Shown here piece after piece: positions 10,401 through 19,274 of a stretch of DNA of 64,000 nt. The position numbers and the translations under genes are program-made. Within the stretch, counting starts at the first letter, position 1, and each line of letters begins with the position of its first letter. The notes beneath the pieces were generated by a model. The model ran no database searches, was not told where the DNA came from, and saw only the letters and a program-made list of their open reading frames with translations. Origin of the DNA: a bacterium. Its GTDB lineage: Bacteria > Patescibacteriota > Minisyncoccia > Phycocordibacterales > UBA12088. The stretch lies in NCBI GenBank assembly GCA_003252295.1, contig QKEV01000003.1, forward strand, positions 128,701 through 192,700, in the 5' to 3' direction.

Positions 10401-11284
10401 AGACACGACCATACATAGAAGAGCTCTTTAAAGAGGGGCATTTTGACAACACACTTGAGGGCAGAAAGAACCTTATTTTGAGCAATTGGGGACCTATCAG
10501 TCATGTACGTATGCAGGATATATATGATAATGACAAACTCCTTCATTTCTCATTTGGTGATGCTGCAGAACCACTAACACTTAGCTCTGGTATGGAAGAG
10601 ATGACAAAAAGTATGGTGAACCAGTTTGAGAGTAACTTTGCAAAGAAGGTGCCAAATATAGAGGAAATGATTGCTCAGGCTCGTGAAGATAATATCACCC
10701 TCGGTGAGTTTGTTGCACGGCTGTCTGATGCGGTAAAAGAAAAAGCTGATCATGCTGATGTTGCAGTTGAGTCGAAAGAAGTTCCTCATGTAGCAGATGT
10801 TGCTGTAGAGCAGCAGGTGGTAGTGCCGGAAGAGATACCACAGAGTGCTGCTGCAGATGCGCTTGAACAGGTGAGAGCAGAGATCGTGTATCAAAAACTT
10901 AAGGATTATACAGTACCAAAATTACCAGAAACAGTAGGGAAGGATGGTTTGTATCACACAGAACTGCAACCAGTCGAGGTGAGTGAAGATGTTCTTAAGG
11001 ATATTGAGAGGAACTACGGCTCTGAACATCCGGAATGGAGTGAGGGTACTGCCGCAGAGCTCTACCATAGTGAAGCAGGTAAGTCGTTTGTTGCTGCAAT
11101 ACAAGAACAAATGAAAGATATGGCAATAGATATACCAAAAGCATCAACGGTAAACATGAAGGATATTCGATTTGACTGGGCTGCTATGGAGAACATGACA
11201 CCAATCGAGTTCTTAGAGCAGTTGGAGCAGCATGAGCGTATGCTTGAGCGTGCAGACGGTACTGAGACAATTATTGGATCATAA
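7481..11284 (+). CDS. Large highly charged (E/K-rich) protein without a signal peptide. Two Gly/Ala-zipper hydrophobic hairpin segments lie mid-protein and there are long predicted coiled-coil regions. Function unknown.
   Basis: Long ORF. The listed GTG at 7418 is in frame, but the first ATG (MNRNIDG) at 7481 is the more likely start. Segments AIGAGIGAAVGSLAAVGAGAAAGGVLAAGVAGG and VGAAGAAMIVGGGGSALA look like glycine-zipper membrane helices. Confidence 0.6.
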   Translation: MNRNIDGPPFNGDARKKNALTDVLPKQGVPSTEVQEKYLVGDEAVQAIQNAEGLHGFSADREEEPGSSVNENAVESAVITVDNPAEKKEKKGGFLASLFGEEIADGVEAVDPAPKDHTSVAPETVQDSPVAKTEGAQEVVQDRRGVQEQEGVGLETLLKKKETNTEENQREQGDRVEHEDSQEKVRELSKEEIEYKASRKEYKRYKKELHKVRENFEKLADEYKEESEKSGFLSRFMDTTPELRKKKKEMEEALVVYDHYLEKIRNERERRIQASVEKFSTIAGAEKQEDEVQYIALHEALLEKQIDNEAAMLESIKQRENKDGEPNFFALRWMKKGLGYYSKLPKAGRIAIGAGIGAAVGSLAAVGAGAAAGGVLAAGVAGGFTKGARKTAGVFLAPLAALETKKFLDKEVDVYEEVAMTEQKNTFSEKKLSESRRERKNIKRNVRWGKRSATVGAAGAAMIVGGGGSALAENVADGVVDTIGDVHFGGVAEANAATEAPQHSALYREVEASRKAFEEGGNSNPEMRSAVQNIMGKAEAEYDGTAEVAVNSATPEITGTHDMSFVDTEEQRPERTVLTRPSGQKSFFQNKFDEAQERVALRRASGVPAGEVAGEQMVTEQPEGGVEHVPAAEVAPEQSTTMEALQQSSEGALTEPVTEGWDIQRILQHMHEQNSADMEHVSTGEVAETPAEAPPTEEQPEVLTAVGEYETGSSVNKELQEFLGKDTWVQEHYPNIDEDMRGKIAHRLYLELAKDHEAMERFKVRGDDWNSVHEGDHYSVGMKRELVEKAIKRFYPEEGTQEVASTMERRSVAQEALDELRAEKTPVPTEESVPAEAAEGTEPVHLAARHKVLYGDAKYEPQHIEADEHKILRKHPAEVQQSNEPTPQADKGVWTNPDDHKPFGSERKTPVEEPVKAWKNPDVDRAGTAVPEEHSGEWKNPDRGEVLSSQAEADLKYAQMQMEKHEVPDYQGFKTRPYIEELFKEGHFDNTLEGRKNLILSNWGPISHVRMQDIYDNDKLLHFSFGDAAEPLTLSSGMEEMTKSMVNQFESNFAKKVPNIEEMIAQAREDNITLGEFVARLSDAVKEKADHADVAVESKEVPHVADVAVEQQVVVPEEIPQSAAADALEQVRAEIVYQKLKDYTVPKLPETVGKDGLYHTELQPVEVSEDVLKDIERNYGSEHPEWSEGTAAELYHSEAGKSFVAAIQEQMKDMAIDIPKASTVNMKDIRFDWAAMENMTPIEFLEQLEQHERMLERADGTETIIGS

Positions 11285-11294
11285 GAGAAAGACT

Positions 11295-11630
11295 ATGGAT
11301 AATACAAACAGCACACTTTTACAGTACTTTGACCTTGAAGATGGTTCTGATGAGATGCAGGGTGAGTTTCTTGAAGAACTTGCCGAGACACTTTTTGGTT
11401 CAATTGTGCGTAAGGCATGGGTAGAGTTTGATGGTGATAAAAAGGAAACATTTGCAAAACTACTTGAGGAAAGCAGTGATGATCCCGAAAGTGTTGAAAA
11501 GTATACCGCAGTACTCACCTTTCTTGATGAACATATTGTAAACCTCCGTGATTTTATAGAAAAAGAACTCAGAGAGTTGCAGAAATCGTATAAAACAACG
11601 AGGGATGAACTCCAGGATTCACTGGTATAA
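11295..11630 (+). CDS. Small acidic hypothetical protein of about 111 aa.
   Basis: ATG at 11295 is preceded by a purine-rich AGAGAAAGA stretch. The longer listed start at 11232 overlaps the stop of the previous gene. Confidence 0.4.
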   Translation: MDNTNSTLLQYFDLEDGSDEMQGEFLEELAETLFGSIVRKAWVEFDGDKKETFAKLLEESSDDPESVEKYTAVLTFLDEHIVNLRDFIEKELRELQKSYKTTRDELQDSLV

Positions 11631-11635
11631 AAAGT

Positions 11636-12172
11636 ATGAAGCGAGAACTACTACGTAAAGGTGTACACGTACTTCTCGCTTTTTTCTTTGCAGCTGCCTC
11701 TGTTTTTCTTACACAACAGGTGCTGTTTCTGTTCGTTGGTGTACTCTTTGTTGCACTCATTCTCTTGAGGAAGACAAAGTTTGCACAGTTTTTGCGTGGT
11801 GTGCCACGGGTGAACAGTGGTGAATTCTTTTTTGTATTTGGTGTGACCAGTGTCATTTTTTTAACTGGTGGTGCCGAGTATCTCTTTAGGATTGCGATGC
11901 TCATACTTGCACTTGCTGATACCTCAGCATCACTTATTGGTATATTCTATGGAAAACATCAATACAAAGTGTTTGGTGAGATACGTTCATTTGAGGGGTC
12001 TTTTGCATGCGCTCTTGTATCGATGAGTATCTTCTTGTTGTTTGGGTACAGCTTTATTGCCTCAATACTTGCAGGTACTTTACTTGCTCTCGTGGAAGCA
12101 CTTTCCTGCAAGGGTTCAGACAACTTGTCTTTACCAATTACTGCTGTACTTACCGCCTTCTTTTTGGGGTGA
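11636..12172 (+). CDS. Integral membrane polyprenol (dolichol/phytol) kinase-like protein, CTP-dependent kinase / CdsA superfamily.
   Basis: N-terminal RKGVHVLLAF resembles the polyprenol-kinase N-terminal motif. About six TM helices. The C-terminal LADTSASLIGIFYGKH...FEGS resembles the conserved D..A..iG...GK...EGS block. Confidence 0.5.
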   Translation: MKRELLRKGVHVLLAFFFAAASVFLTQQVLFLFVGVLFVALILLRKTKFAQFLRGVPRVNSGEFFFVFGVTSVIFLTGGAEYLFRIAMLILALADTSASLIGIFYGKHQYKVFGEIRSFEGSFACALVSMSIFLLFGYSFIASILAGTLLALVEALSCKGSDNLSLPITAVLTAFFLG

Positions 12173-12262
12173 TATACACAGCTACTGCCCATTTTTTTGG
12201 CATAAGTACGGTACAATATGCGTATGCACATATGCATAGTTGAAAGGGCCGTTACGAGGGCC

Positions 12263-13654
12263 ATGCTTTTTGCTGTACTGACAGCAGTGCTTTTTGGGTT
12301 GGGTGGTTTGTATGTTTTTGCCCAGGATGGAGAGGAAAACTATGAAGAAGCGCTCGGAGTGGTACCAGAAGAGGAAGTAGATGAGGTTATGTCAGATGAC
12401 ATGACTGAAGTGGTAGTTGCTGATGAGGTGTCCGAAGAAGAAGCTGAAGTGGATACAGAAAAGACGCCAACCTATACAGTCTTTTCAGATGCAAAGTTCA
12501 CTGTTACTCCAGTTGTTGCAAATGAGAAGGCAAAACCAAGGGACATCATTAAAAAGGAACTTATTGTTACCAACAATACAGACCATCGCCTCGATCTTTA
12601 TATTTCTGTAGAAAATATTGACCCAAATGAAGGCGCACAGGAATTTGTAAGTCCCGGTGTCTCTGATCTTTCGACATCACTTGCAAACTGGGTGGAAATA
12701 ACACGTGGTGTCATAGAACTTGAAGCGGGTGAAAGTCGAAAGATACCGTACCTTATACATGTGAACCTTACAGCACAACCAGGAAGCTACTATGCTCGGA
12801 TACAGTTCAAAGAGGGTCCAAAACGTGCCGAGGCAACAGCGAGTGCGGAAGGTTCTGCACTCATGCTCAATCTTGAGGTTGAAGATGATGCTATTGAGCG
12901 CTTGCAACTCGGGAACTTTTTGAGTGAGGATAGTGTCATTTTTGGAAATAGTGTCTCATTTTCGTACCTTTTAGAGAATGTTGGCAATAGGCTCATAGAA
13001 CCTCGAGGATCTATTCGTATTTTTAACCGTCGCGGGGAAGAAGTGGGCAGTGTACCACTCAATGCTGATGGAGATGAGATAACTCCTGAAAATAAGGAGC
13101 AACTTGCAGCTGTGTGGAACGCGACCGGACGTTTCGGTAAGTACAAAGCGTACCTTGACCTTGAGTACGGAGAGAGTCAGCTTGCGAGTGTACAGGATAC
13201 GGTGTACTTCTGGGTGTTTCCATGGAAAGAGATACTCACTGCTCTTTTAGGGGTACTCCTCCTTGGTGTAGTTGGTACCTACATAGTACATATGCGATCA
13301 ATAGCTCGACCGGTGCCAGCACGAAGCAGGCAGATGCAGCATGCAGGGCAGTCAGGTGGACACAGGGGTGTGGTACCTTCTCCACAACAGGTTCGTCACC
13401 CAACTATCACACAGGTGATGCCGGCAGTAGCTCCTGCTCCTGTGCAAGCAACACCAGCAAAGAGTTTGAAGCACCTCGACATACTTCATGCAAATATGAA
13501 AAAACCTCAGACAGCAGTGCAGGGTGATACGGTGCGTTTAGGAAGTGTTTCTGAGAAGCGTGGCGGACAGGTTGTTACACTTGGACGAAACGTTCCTCAG
13601 GAAGAAGTTAGGGTAAATGGTAATGTTGTGCAGCTTTCATCACATCGTAAATAG
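12263..13654 (+). CDS. Cell-surface protein, DUF916/DUF3324-like (CscA-like) paralog 1. Signal peptide, two beta-rich domains, a C-terminal TM anchor and a Pro/Gln-rich cytoplasmic tail.
   Basis: Signal peptide MLFAVLTAVLFGLGGLYVFAQ. The block ANWVEITRGVIELEAGESRKIPYLIHVNLTAQPGSYYARIQF is shared with the ORFs at 13680, 17729 and 54694. TM helix ILTALLGVLLLGVVGTYIV lies near the C-terminus. Confidence 0.7.
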   Translation: MLFAVLTAVLFGLGGLYVFAQDGEENYEEALGVVPEEEVDEVMSDDMTEVVVADEVSEEEAEVDTEKTPTYTVFSDAKFTVTPVVANEKAKPRDIIKKELIVTNNTDHRLDLYISVENIDPNEGAQEFVSPGVSDLSTSLANWVEITRGVIELEAGESRKIPYLIHVNLTAQPGSYYARIQFKEGPKRAEATASAEGSALMLNLEVEDDAIERLQLGNFLSEDSVIFGNSVSFSYLLENVGNRLIEPRGSIRIFNRRGEEVGSVPLNADGDEITPENKEQLAAVWNATGRFGKYKAYLDLEYGESQLASVQDTVYFWVFPWKEILTALLGVLLLGVVGTYIVHMRSIARPVPARSRQMQHAGQSGGHRGVVPSPQQVRHPTITQVMPAVAPAPVQATPAKSLKHLDILHANMKKPQTAVQGDTVRLGSVSEKRGGQVVTLGRNVPQEEVRVNGNVVQLSSHRK

Positions 13655-13679
13655 GGTATATACAGTTTTTACAGCATGC

Positions 13680-15011
13680 ATGCTCGTATGCATTTTGTTG
13701 TCCCCCTTTAGTGCGTCTGCTGCTCAAGGTGATGGTATGAGTATCACCATTACTCCACCACTCTTTCAGCTCGCGCTCCAGCCAGGTGAGAGCTGGTCTT
13801 CAAATGTTACGGTGGTAAACAATAACGCGTATAGTCTGTCGCTCTATGCAAACCCTGTACTCTTTCGACCCTCAGGTGAGACGGGAAAACCTGCATTCCT
13901 TGTAAACACTATTGGTGACGGTCCCATGGCAACTGTTGACGAGTCGACGCTTGCAGGATGGATCACTGTGCCGGAGGGAGCTTTTGCTATACAACGTGAA
14001 CAAACATACTCACTTCCCATCACTATCCATGTACCTAATGATGCGACCCCTGGTGGACACTATGCTGCGATACTCATCGGAAACAATGCACCGGAGAGTG
14101 TCACACAAGAGGGAACGGTAAATGTAACGAGTTCTGTTGCAGTACTCATTTTTCTGACGGTTTCAGGTGACGTGGTTGAAGAGGGGCGTGTGCGAGAATT
14201 TTCAACGGAAAAGACACTCTATGAGACAGCAGAAGCTCACTTTACCCTACGTTTTGAAAATCAAGGCAATGTACACCTCTTACCCCAGGGGAACATAGTC
14301 ATATACAACATGTTCGGGAAGGAGCGCGGTACGATACCGATAAACCTCGATGGTAACTATGGAAATGTGCTCCCTGAAAGTATAAGAAACTACAGTTTTT
14401 CATGGAAGTCAGACTCAGGACTCTGGGACATAGGGCGATACAAGGCAATAGCAACCATAGGGTATGGAAAGAACGGTAAGCAGTCGACATACTCAGTAGC
14501 ATACTTCTACATTCTCCCGATCATTCCGCTCCTAGAGGTTATAGGTGGCGCCCTTTTCCTCATATTCCTCTTTACCTGGTCACTTAAGCACTACATCCGT
14601 CGTGCACTTTCACTTGAAACAAAACAAATGGGTATACAGCCTCAAGAGCAGTTACGAGAGGTGAGAGAAAAGACAAAACAGCAAGTACAGAACAGTAAGG
14701 TACGTATTGGAGCACTCGTTGAACCTATTCGTGAGGGATTTGTTGACCTACGTAGTGCTAGTGTAGGACGGCATGATGGTAGTAGTGTGGTAGGTAGTGG
14801 TGCACATGTTGATGCCTCGTCGTCTCATGATGTGTATAGCGCCTCTTCTTTCATAAAGAAGTATCGGTTATTCTTTATTTTCATCATCCTGCTCTGTATT
14901 GGGTGGTATGCACTTACCATTTACTTACGTGATGTAATGACCGAAGAACGTGCATACGATGCATCTGAAGTGTTACCTGATGGTAGTCATGTGCCAATTT
15001 ACTTTGATTAG
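13680..15011 (+). CDS. Cell-surface protein, DUF916/DUF3324-like paralog 2, with C-terminal TM anchors.
   Basis: Signal peptide MLVCILLSPFSASAAQ. Conserved AGWITVPEGAFAIQREQTYSLPITIHVPNDATPGGHYAAILIG. TM helices PIIPLLEVIGGALFLIFLF and FFIFIILLCIGWYALTIYL. Confidence 0.7.
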   Translation: MLVCILLSPFSASAAQGDGMSITITPPLFQLALQPGESWSSNVTVVNNNAYSLSLYANPVLFRPSGETGKPAFLVNTIGDGPMATVDESTLAGWITVPEGAFAIQREQTYSLPITIHVPNDATPGGHYAAILIGNNAPESVTQEGTVNVTSSVAVLIFLTVSGDVVEEGRVREFSTEKTLYETAEAHFTLRFENQGNVHLLPQGNIVIYNMFGKERGTIPINLDGNYGNVLPESIRNYSFSWKSDSGLWDIGRYKAIATIGYGKNGKQSTYSVAYFYILPIIPLLEVIGGALFLIFLFTWSLKHYIRRALSLETKQMGIQPQEQLREVREKTKQQVQNSKVRIGALVEPIREGFVDLRSASVGRHDGSSVVGSGAHVDASSSHDVYSASSFIKKYRLFFIFIILLCIGWYALTIYLRDVMTEERAYDASEVLPDGSHVPIYFD

Positions 15012-15064
15012 AATGGACATTACCAGTAGTAACAAAAATTAATAGTTTTTATAAGAAATAATAT

Positions 15065-16192
15065 ATGAAAAAAGTAACAAAAAATGTCTTTTTCGGTGGC
15101 GTGTTTGGAGTAGCACTCCTTGCAGCTGCGGTCGCAAGCTTGAGTGCTTCAAGTGACACGTACATCCCATTTTTGTCTCAGACTGAGACAGGTAAGACAA
15201 CTCCTGCTGAACTAGGGCAGTACCAGCAGCTCGACTGCGCGAGTATTGGGTATGATATTGCTCAGGCACAGCTCGCTCTTTCAAGTGAAACCCTTGCCTC
15301 AACACAGAACATTCAACTCGTGTTTGGAACGGTGAGCGGGAAGGGTGCCTGGGACAAGCTCAAGCGTCGTGAGATCGCTCGAAGTGAGACGGTATCGTAC
15401 TCACCAAGCAGTCTATCGTTTGTCACCTTCTCTTTCCCAACGCCGGTTGATGTAGATAAGCTTTGTCCAAGTAGTGATGGTATGGCGTACATGCGACTCG
15501 AGGGTGTTGAGGACACCGGAGTATTTATCCATGGTAGCTTAGCGGATGCCTACGCTGGACCACTCTACAACTGTGTACTCGATAACGGTATGCCGTGTAC
15601 GGGAACGATAATAGATATGGCATTTGTGTTCTCAACCCTAGCGAACAATGCACCGGTAATAGATGAGGTGCTACCGATTGAAGCAGTAGAAGGAGAGCCG
15701 CTCGCCTTTACTCTTACCGCTACCGACCCTGATGGTGACAGTGTCACCTGGGGTTCCGGTAACCTACCAGAGGGAGCGGAACTCAATGCGGAGACAGGTG
15801 AGTTTTCTTGGACACCGGGAAGTGACCAGGTGAAGGACTACAAGGTTACCTTTGTTGCAACAGATGATGGAGGTCCGGTAGAAGAATCAAGCAGTATTAC
15901 TGTCTTCATTCACGTGGTAGAGGTAGAGACACCGGTAGAGACCAACGAGCTACTTGAGGATACAGTTGTATCACTGGAACTTGATACAAACGTAGAGAAT
16001 TCATACTTAGCAAACATTAAAAATGTTGAGGATTTCATTGAAAAAGAGCAGTACCAAGCCGCGGAAAACCAGCTCAATGCGATCGTAAACAAGCTTGATG
16101 GAGACCTCAAGAAAGAGCTTATTACACAGGATGAGTACGACACAGTGCTCGCAAAAGTGAATGAACTCTTAGCGAAAATCACAGTAGAGTAG
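15065..16192 (+). CDS. Secreted protein with a cadherin-like / putative-Ig (He_PIG / dystroglycan-type) domain and a C-terminal coiled-coil.
   Basis: Signal peptide VFFGGVFGVALLAAAVASLSASS. The block PVIDEVLPIEAVEGEPLAFTLTATDPDGDSVTWGSGNLPEGAELNAETGEFSWTPGSDQVKDYKVTFVATDDGG matches the putative-Ig / cadherin-like pattern. Confidence 0.65.
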   Translation: MKKVTKNVFFGGVFGVALLAAAVASLSASSDTYIPFLSQTETGKTTPAELGQYQQLDCASIGYDIAQAQLALSSETLASTQNIQLVFGTVSGKGAWDKLKRREIARSETVSYSPSSLSFVTFSFPTPVDVDKLCPSSDGMAYMRLEGVEDTGVFIHGSLADAYAGPLYNCVLDNGMPCTGTIIDMAFVFSTLANNAPVIDEVLPIEAVEGEPLAFTLTATDPDGDSVTWGSGNLPEGAELNAETGEFSWTPGSDQVKDYKVTFVATDDGGPVEESSSITVFIHVVEVETPVETNELLEDTVVSLELDTNVENSYLANIKNVEDFIEKEQYQAAENQLNAIVNKLDGDLKKELITQDEYDTVLAKVNELLAKITVE

Positions 16193-16195
16193 AAC

Positions 16196-16243
16196 AGAAC
16201 AAAAAAACCACCGTGCATATTGCACGGTGGTTTTTTTGTTTAT
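16196..16243. terminator. Bidirectional rho-independent terminator.
   Basis: aaaaaaaccaccgtgcatattgcacggtggttttttt is a perfect 11-bp stem (ccaccgtgca / tgcacggtgg) flanked by an A-run and a T-run. Confidence 0.8.
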
Positions 16244-16451
16244 CCACATAATAGTGTGGTATTGCGTGTTGCAATAGCGGTATACTTACTAGTGAATGCA
16301 ATTGACAGTTTTTGTTCTGCATTTCACCATCACAAAGTCAACGTCGTTTCTTCGACGTCGCTAAATTTTTGTAGCAAAAATTTATCAGCCCCCTGTAGTT
16401 ACCCAAAAACAATTAGCAAGGGTACCTATCTTTATTAATTCACTTGCACGC

Positions 16452-17630
16452 ATGAAAAACACAACTTTAACTTTACCTATACAACTACGCACGGTAGCGT
16501 TAGTGACAGCACTTGCGCTCCTTGCATGGACTATTGGTCTTCCAGCCTGGATACATCAGGCGAATGCAGCCAATGTTGATGAATTTTCTGACACCTTGTC
16601 TGACTCAGATCTTGGTCTTCCTTCAGTTCATACACTTGTATTTGGACTCAATACAACCATTGCAGCCTCAGAGACTTTAAGAGTCACTTTTGACTCAGTT
16701 GGACAGGCTTTTGACCTTACCGCCCTCACAAATGGTGATGTTACCATTTCAGCGGTTTCTGGTGGCACAATAAATCAAGTTGCTTCAGTCGCAGCTTGTA
16801 GTGGTGCTACGAATGAAATTTATGTAAGCAACATTGATACAACAAATGACTACGTAGAACTCACTGTTTGTACAGGTGATTCAATTGACGCAGGAACAGT
16901 TACTGAGATAGTAGTAGGTAGTACAAATTTTATTGTTAATCCAGTTGCAGAAGGTTCATACGTTGTCAGCATTGGTGGAACTATGACTGATACAGGTGAT
17001 ACGCGAGTAGCTATCATTGACGATGTTACCGTAACCGCGGCAGTTGACACCATTTTCAGCTTCTCTATTAATGGTGTTGCCGGCGGTAAGACGGTAAACG
17101 ATGATGTAACCACAACCTTTGCTTCTTCTACCGCTACGACAGTACCGTTTGGTATCATTGCACCAGATACTCCTAAGCTCATGGCTCAGGAGCTACGAGT
17201 GGACACGAATGCCCTAAACGGCTTCTCGGTTTCAGTGTTTGCTGACCAGACCCTTACCGCAGGAAACGGTGCAACTATAGATCCGTATATTGATGGTAGC
17301 GAGCTTGAAGTTCCTGATACGTGGAATGGTCCAGCTGGTACACTCGGTCTGACCGATACCTACGGACACTGGGGACTCACCTCAGATGATGATGTAGTGA
17401 GCTCATCCACCGCTCCAGGCCTATGGGGTTCAGGTATTGCTAACTATGTAGGAAACTTCATCAACAACCCGGTAGAGGTCTTCTACAACAACACTCCTGT
17501 GGAGTTCGACCAAGGTGGTATGGGAGTAGGTTCAACAACCGTTGCCTACAAAGTCGAGATCAGCAACCTTCAGGAAGCTGCTAAGGACTACACCGCGACC
17601 CTCACCTACATCGCAACTCCAGTCTTCTAG
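16452..17630 (+). CDS. Secreted 392-aa protein with a WxL-like C-terminal domain, ending DYTATLTYIATPVF.
   Basis: Signal peptide LVTALALLAWTIGLPAWIHQANA. C-terminal VPFGIIAPDTPKLMAQELRVDTNALNGF...YGHWGLT...TLTYIATPVF parallels the C-termini of the two giants and of the ORF at 52612. Confidence 0.6.
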   Translation: MKNTTLTLPIQLRTVALVTALALLAWTIGLPAWIHQANAANVDEFSDTLSDSDLGLPSVHTLVFGLNTTIAASETLRVTFDSVGQAFDLTALTNGDVTISAVSGGTINQVASVAACSGATNEIYVSNIDTTNDYVELTVCTGDSIDAGTVTEIVVGSTNFIVNPVAEGSYVVSIGGTMTDTGDTRVAIIDDVTVTAAVDTIFSFSINGVAGGKTVNDDVTTTFASSTATTVPFGIIAPDTPKLMAQELRVDTNALNGFSVSVFADQTLTAGNGATIDPYIDGSELEVPDTWNGPAGTLGLTDTYGHWGLTSDDDVVSSSTAPGLWGSGIANYVGNFINNPVEVFYNNTPVEFDQGGMGVGSTTVAYKVEISNLQEAAKDYTATLTYIATPVF

Positions 17631-17728
17631 ACATTTCTCTCATGTGTTAGCAAGTGCTATACTAAACACCTCTGCGCGCTCTGCGCGTGGAGGTCTTAGT
17701 ATAGGCGTAACAAATGTAATAAACATCC

Positions 17729-18799
17729 ATGTTCACATCAACTTATAGAAACACCCTGTTCGCTTTTTCATCAGTACTTCTTTTCATTGGGCTTGTAGGA
17801 TCCGTATCGGTAGCAAATGCACAAGGTCTTGCGGTAAAAGTTCAGCCGAGCACTATTGATGAGAAAGTTGACCCGGGGCAGTCACTCGAGGGAGTACTCA
17901 CAGTGACCAACCAGAACGGTGGTGAACAAACCTACTACATTTCAACAAGAAACGTGGTTGGTATGCAGGAAAATGGAACACCAACCTTTGAGAATGAGGA
18001 TGCAGAGGATCCTCTTGAAGCTGCTGCGTGGATACATCCTTTCAAGGATGCAGTGACGATTCAGGTTGGCGAATCAGTAGAGATACCGTATCGTATCGAC
18101 GTACCTGCTGATGCATCTCCGGGAAGCTACTTTGCAGCATTTTTTGTTACCCGTGAGGCAGAAGCTGCAACAGAGTCAGGTGCTGGAGTTGGTTTCAATG
18201 TGGCATCGCTCGTAAACCTTCGGGTGAGTGGCGAGGTGAGCGAGGACATGCTCTTCCGTGAGTTTTACACAGACAAGTCCTTCTATACCGACCCAAGCGT
18301 GCTCTTCAATGCAAAAATAGACAATGAAGGAACCATACATCAGCGCCCTCGAGGTATCATCACAATCACCGATATGTTTGGCAACGATGTTGGACAGGTA
18401 ACGTTCAATGACAGTGCTGGAGCAATTCTTCCTAAGAATGATCGAGTCTTTGAAACAAGTTGGAACCATGATGGGTTTGCTCTTGGTCGCTACAGGGCAA
18501 GTGCGAGTATTCTCTTTGGTGAGTCACAGAAAAAGACTGAGACACGCGAGGTTAGTTTTTGGATCGTACCACTCAAGGAGGTGGGGATAGTGGTTGGTGT
18601 TATCGTGGCCCTTCTCCTCTTTATTGTCTTTGGTATTCGCCGTTACATCAGGAATGCGTTGAAGCGTGCGGGACATGATGTGCTGCCAAATGCTGAGAAG
18701 CACACTGTGTCTCTGGCAAAGAAGATGATACGTACCATTATGTGGATCATTGCATTTGTGATGCTCCTGTTTATAGGAATGATTGTGTTTTTCTCCTAG
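17729..18799 (+). CDS. Cell-surface protein, DUF916/DUF3324-like paralog 3, with C-terminal TM anchors.
   Basis: Signal peptide LFAFSSVLLFIGLVGSVSVANAQ. Conserved AAWIHPFKDAVTIQVGESVEIPYRIDVPADASPGSYFAAFFV. TM helices VGIVVGVIVALLLFIVFGI and IMWIIAFVMLLFIGMIVFF. Confidence 0.7.
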   Translation: MFTSTYRNTLFAFSSVLLFIGLVGSVSVANAQGLAVKVQPSTIDEKVDPGQSLEGVLTVTNQNGGEQTYYISTRNVVGMQENGTPTFENEDAEDPLEAAAWIHPFKDAVTIQVGESVEIPYRIDVPADASPGSYFAAFFVTREAEAATESGAGVGFNVASLVNLRVSGEVSEDMLFREFYTDKSFYTDPSVLFNAKIDNEGTIHQRPRGIITITDMFGNDVGQVTFNDSAGAILPKNDRVFETSWNHDGFALGRYRASASILFGESQKKTETREVSFWIVPLKEVGIVVGVIVALLLFIVFGIRRYIRNALKRAGHDVLPNAEKHTVSLAKKMIRTIMWIIAFVMLLFIGMIVFFS

Positions 18800-18817
18800 T
18801 CGACGTACAGTAGAGGT

Positions 18818-19192
18818 ATGTTTTGGGTACATTCTACGCATGAGATAAAAGCACTGCTTGTTGCATCACTGCTCTTATTTTCTGGTTTTGCTTTTACAAT
18901 AGGTAGCTCATGGCATGCTACCGCTACTCATGCACTGTTACTCCCAGCGAACTCAGTTGGAGTATTTGCAGGTGTGGAGGAGAATGAAGTGAATGCACTT
19001 GCTACACAACTTGACGCACGAGAACGTGCACTCAATGCACGGGAAGAAGCGCTTCTTACTGCTCAGAGTTCAACAACTGATGAGCTTACCTTATTGCTCT
19101 TGACACTCTCTGGTTTTGGGATGTTTGGACTCATACTCTTGAATTTTTACCTTGATGGACGAAGGAGGATGTCTATTGCACCTGTAGTGTAG
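18818..19192 (+). CDS. Small membrane protein: N-terminal TM, coiled-coil, C-terminal TM. Hypothetical.
   Basis: 124-aa ORF. It fills an otherwise empty 475-bp gap. It has two hydrophobic helices and an alanine/glutamate-rich heptad segment. Confidence 0.35.
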   Translation: MFWVHSTHEIKALLVASLLLFSGFAFTIGSSWHATATHALLLPANSVGVFAGVEENEVNALATQLDARERALNAREEALLTAQSSTTDELTLLLLTLSGFGMFGLILLNFYLDGRRRMSIAPVV

Positions 19193-19274
19193 TGGATAGC
19201 CTGTTCGGGCTATCCGTAGAATAAGGGTACAATGTAGGTACGGAGTACAGTAGCTGTATTCCGCAGCCCCCGAT

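Noticed and set aside
15910-16438. ORFs 15910-16218 (-) and 16220-16438 (+), both beginning MHGGFF.
   Set aside because: Both start inside the perfect terminator palindrome (ccaccgtgcatattgcacggtgg), so they are artefacts of the symmetric hairpin. The minus ORF also overlaps the He_PIG-domain gene.
19193-19270. tRNA or other small RNA in the 19193-19274 and 60829-60900 gaps.
   Set aside because: No cloverleaf features (no GTTC-type T-arm, no acceptor-stem complementarity). The sequences are better explained as simple hairpins or terminators.
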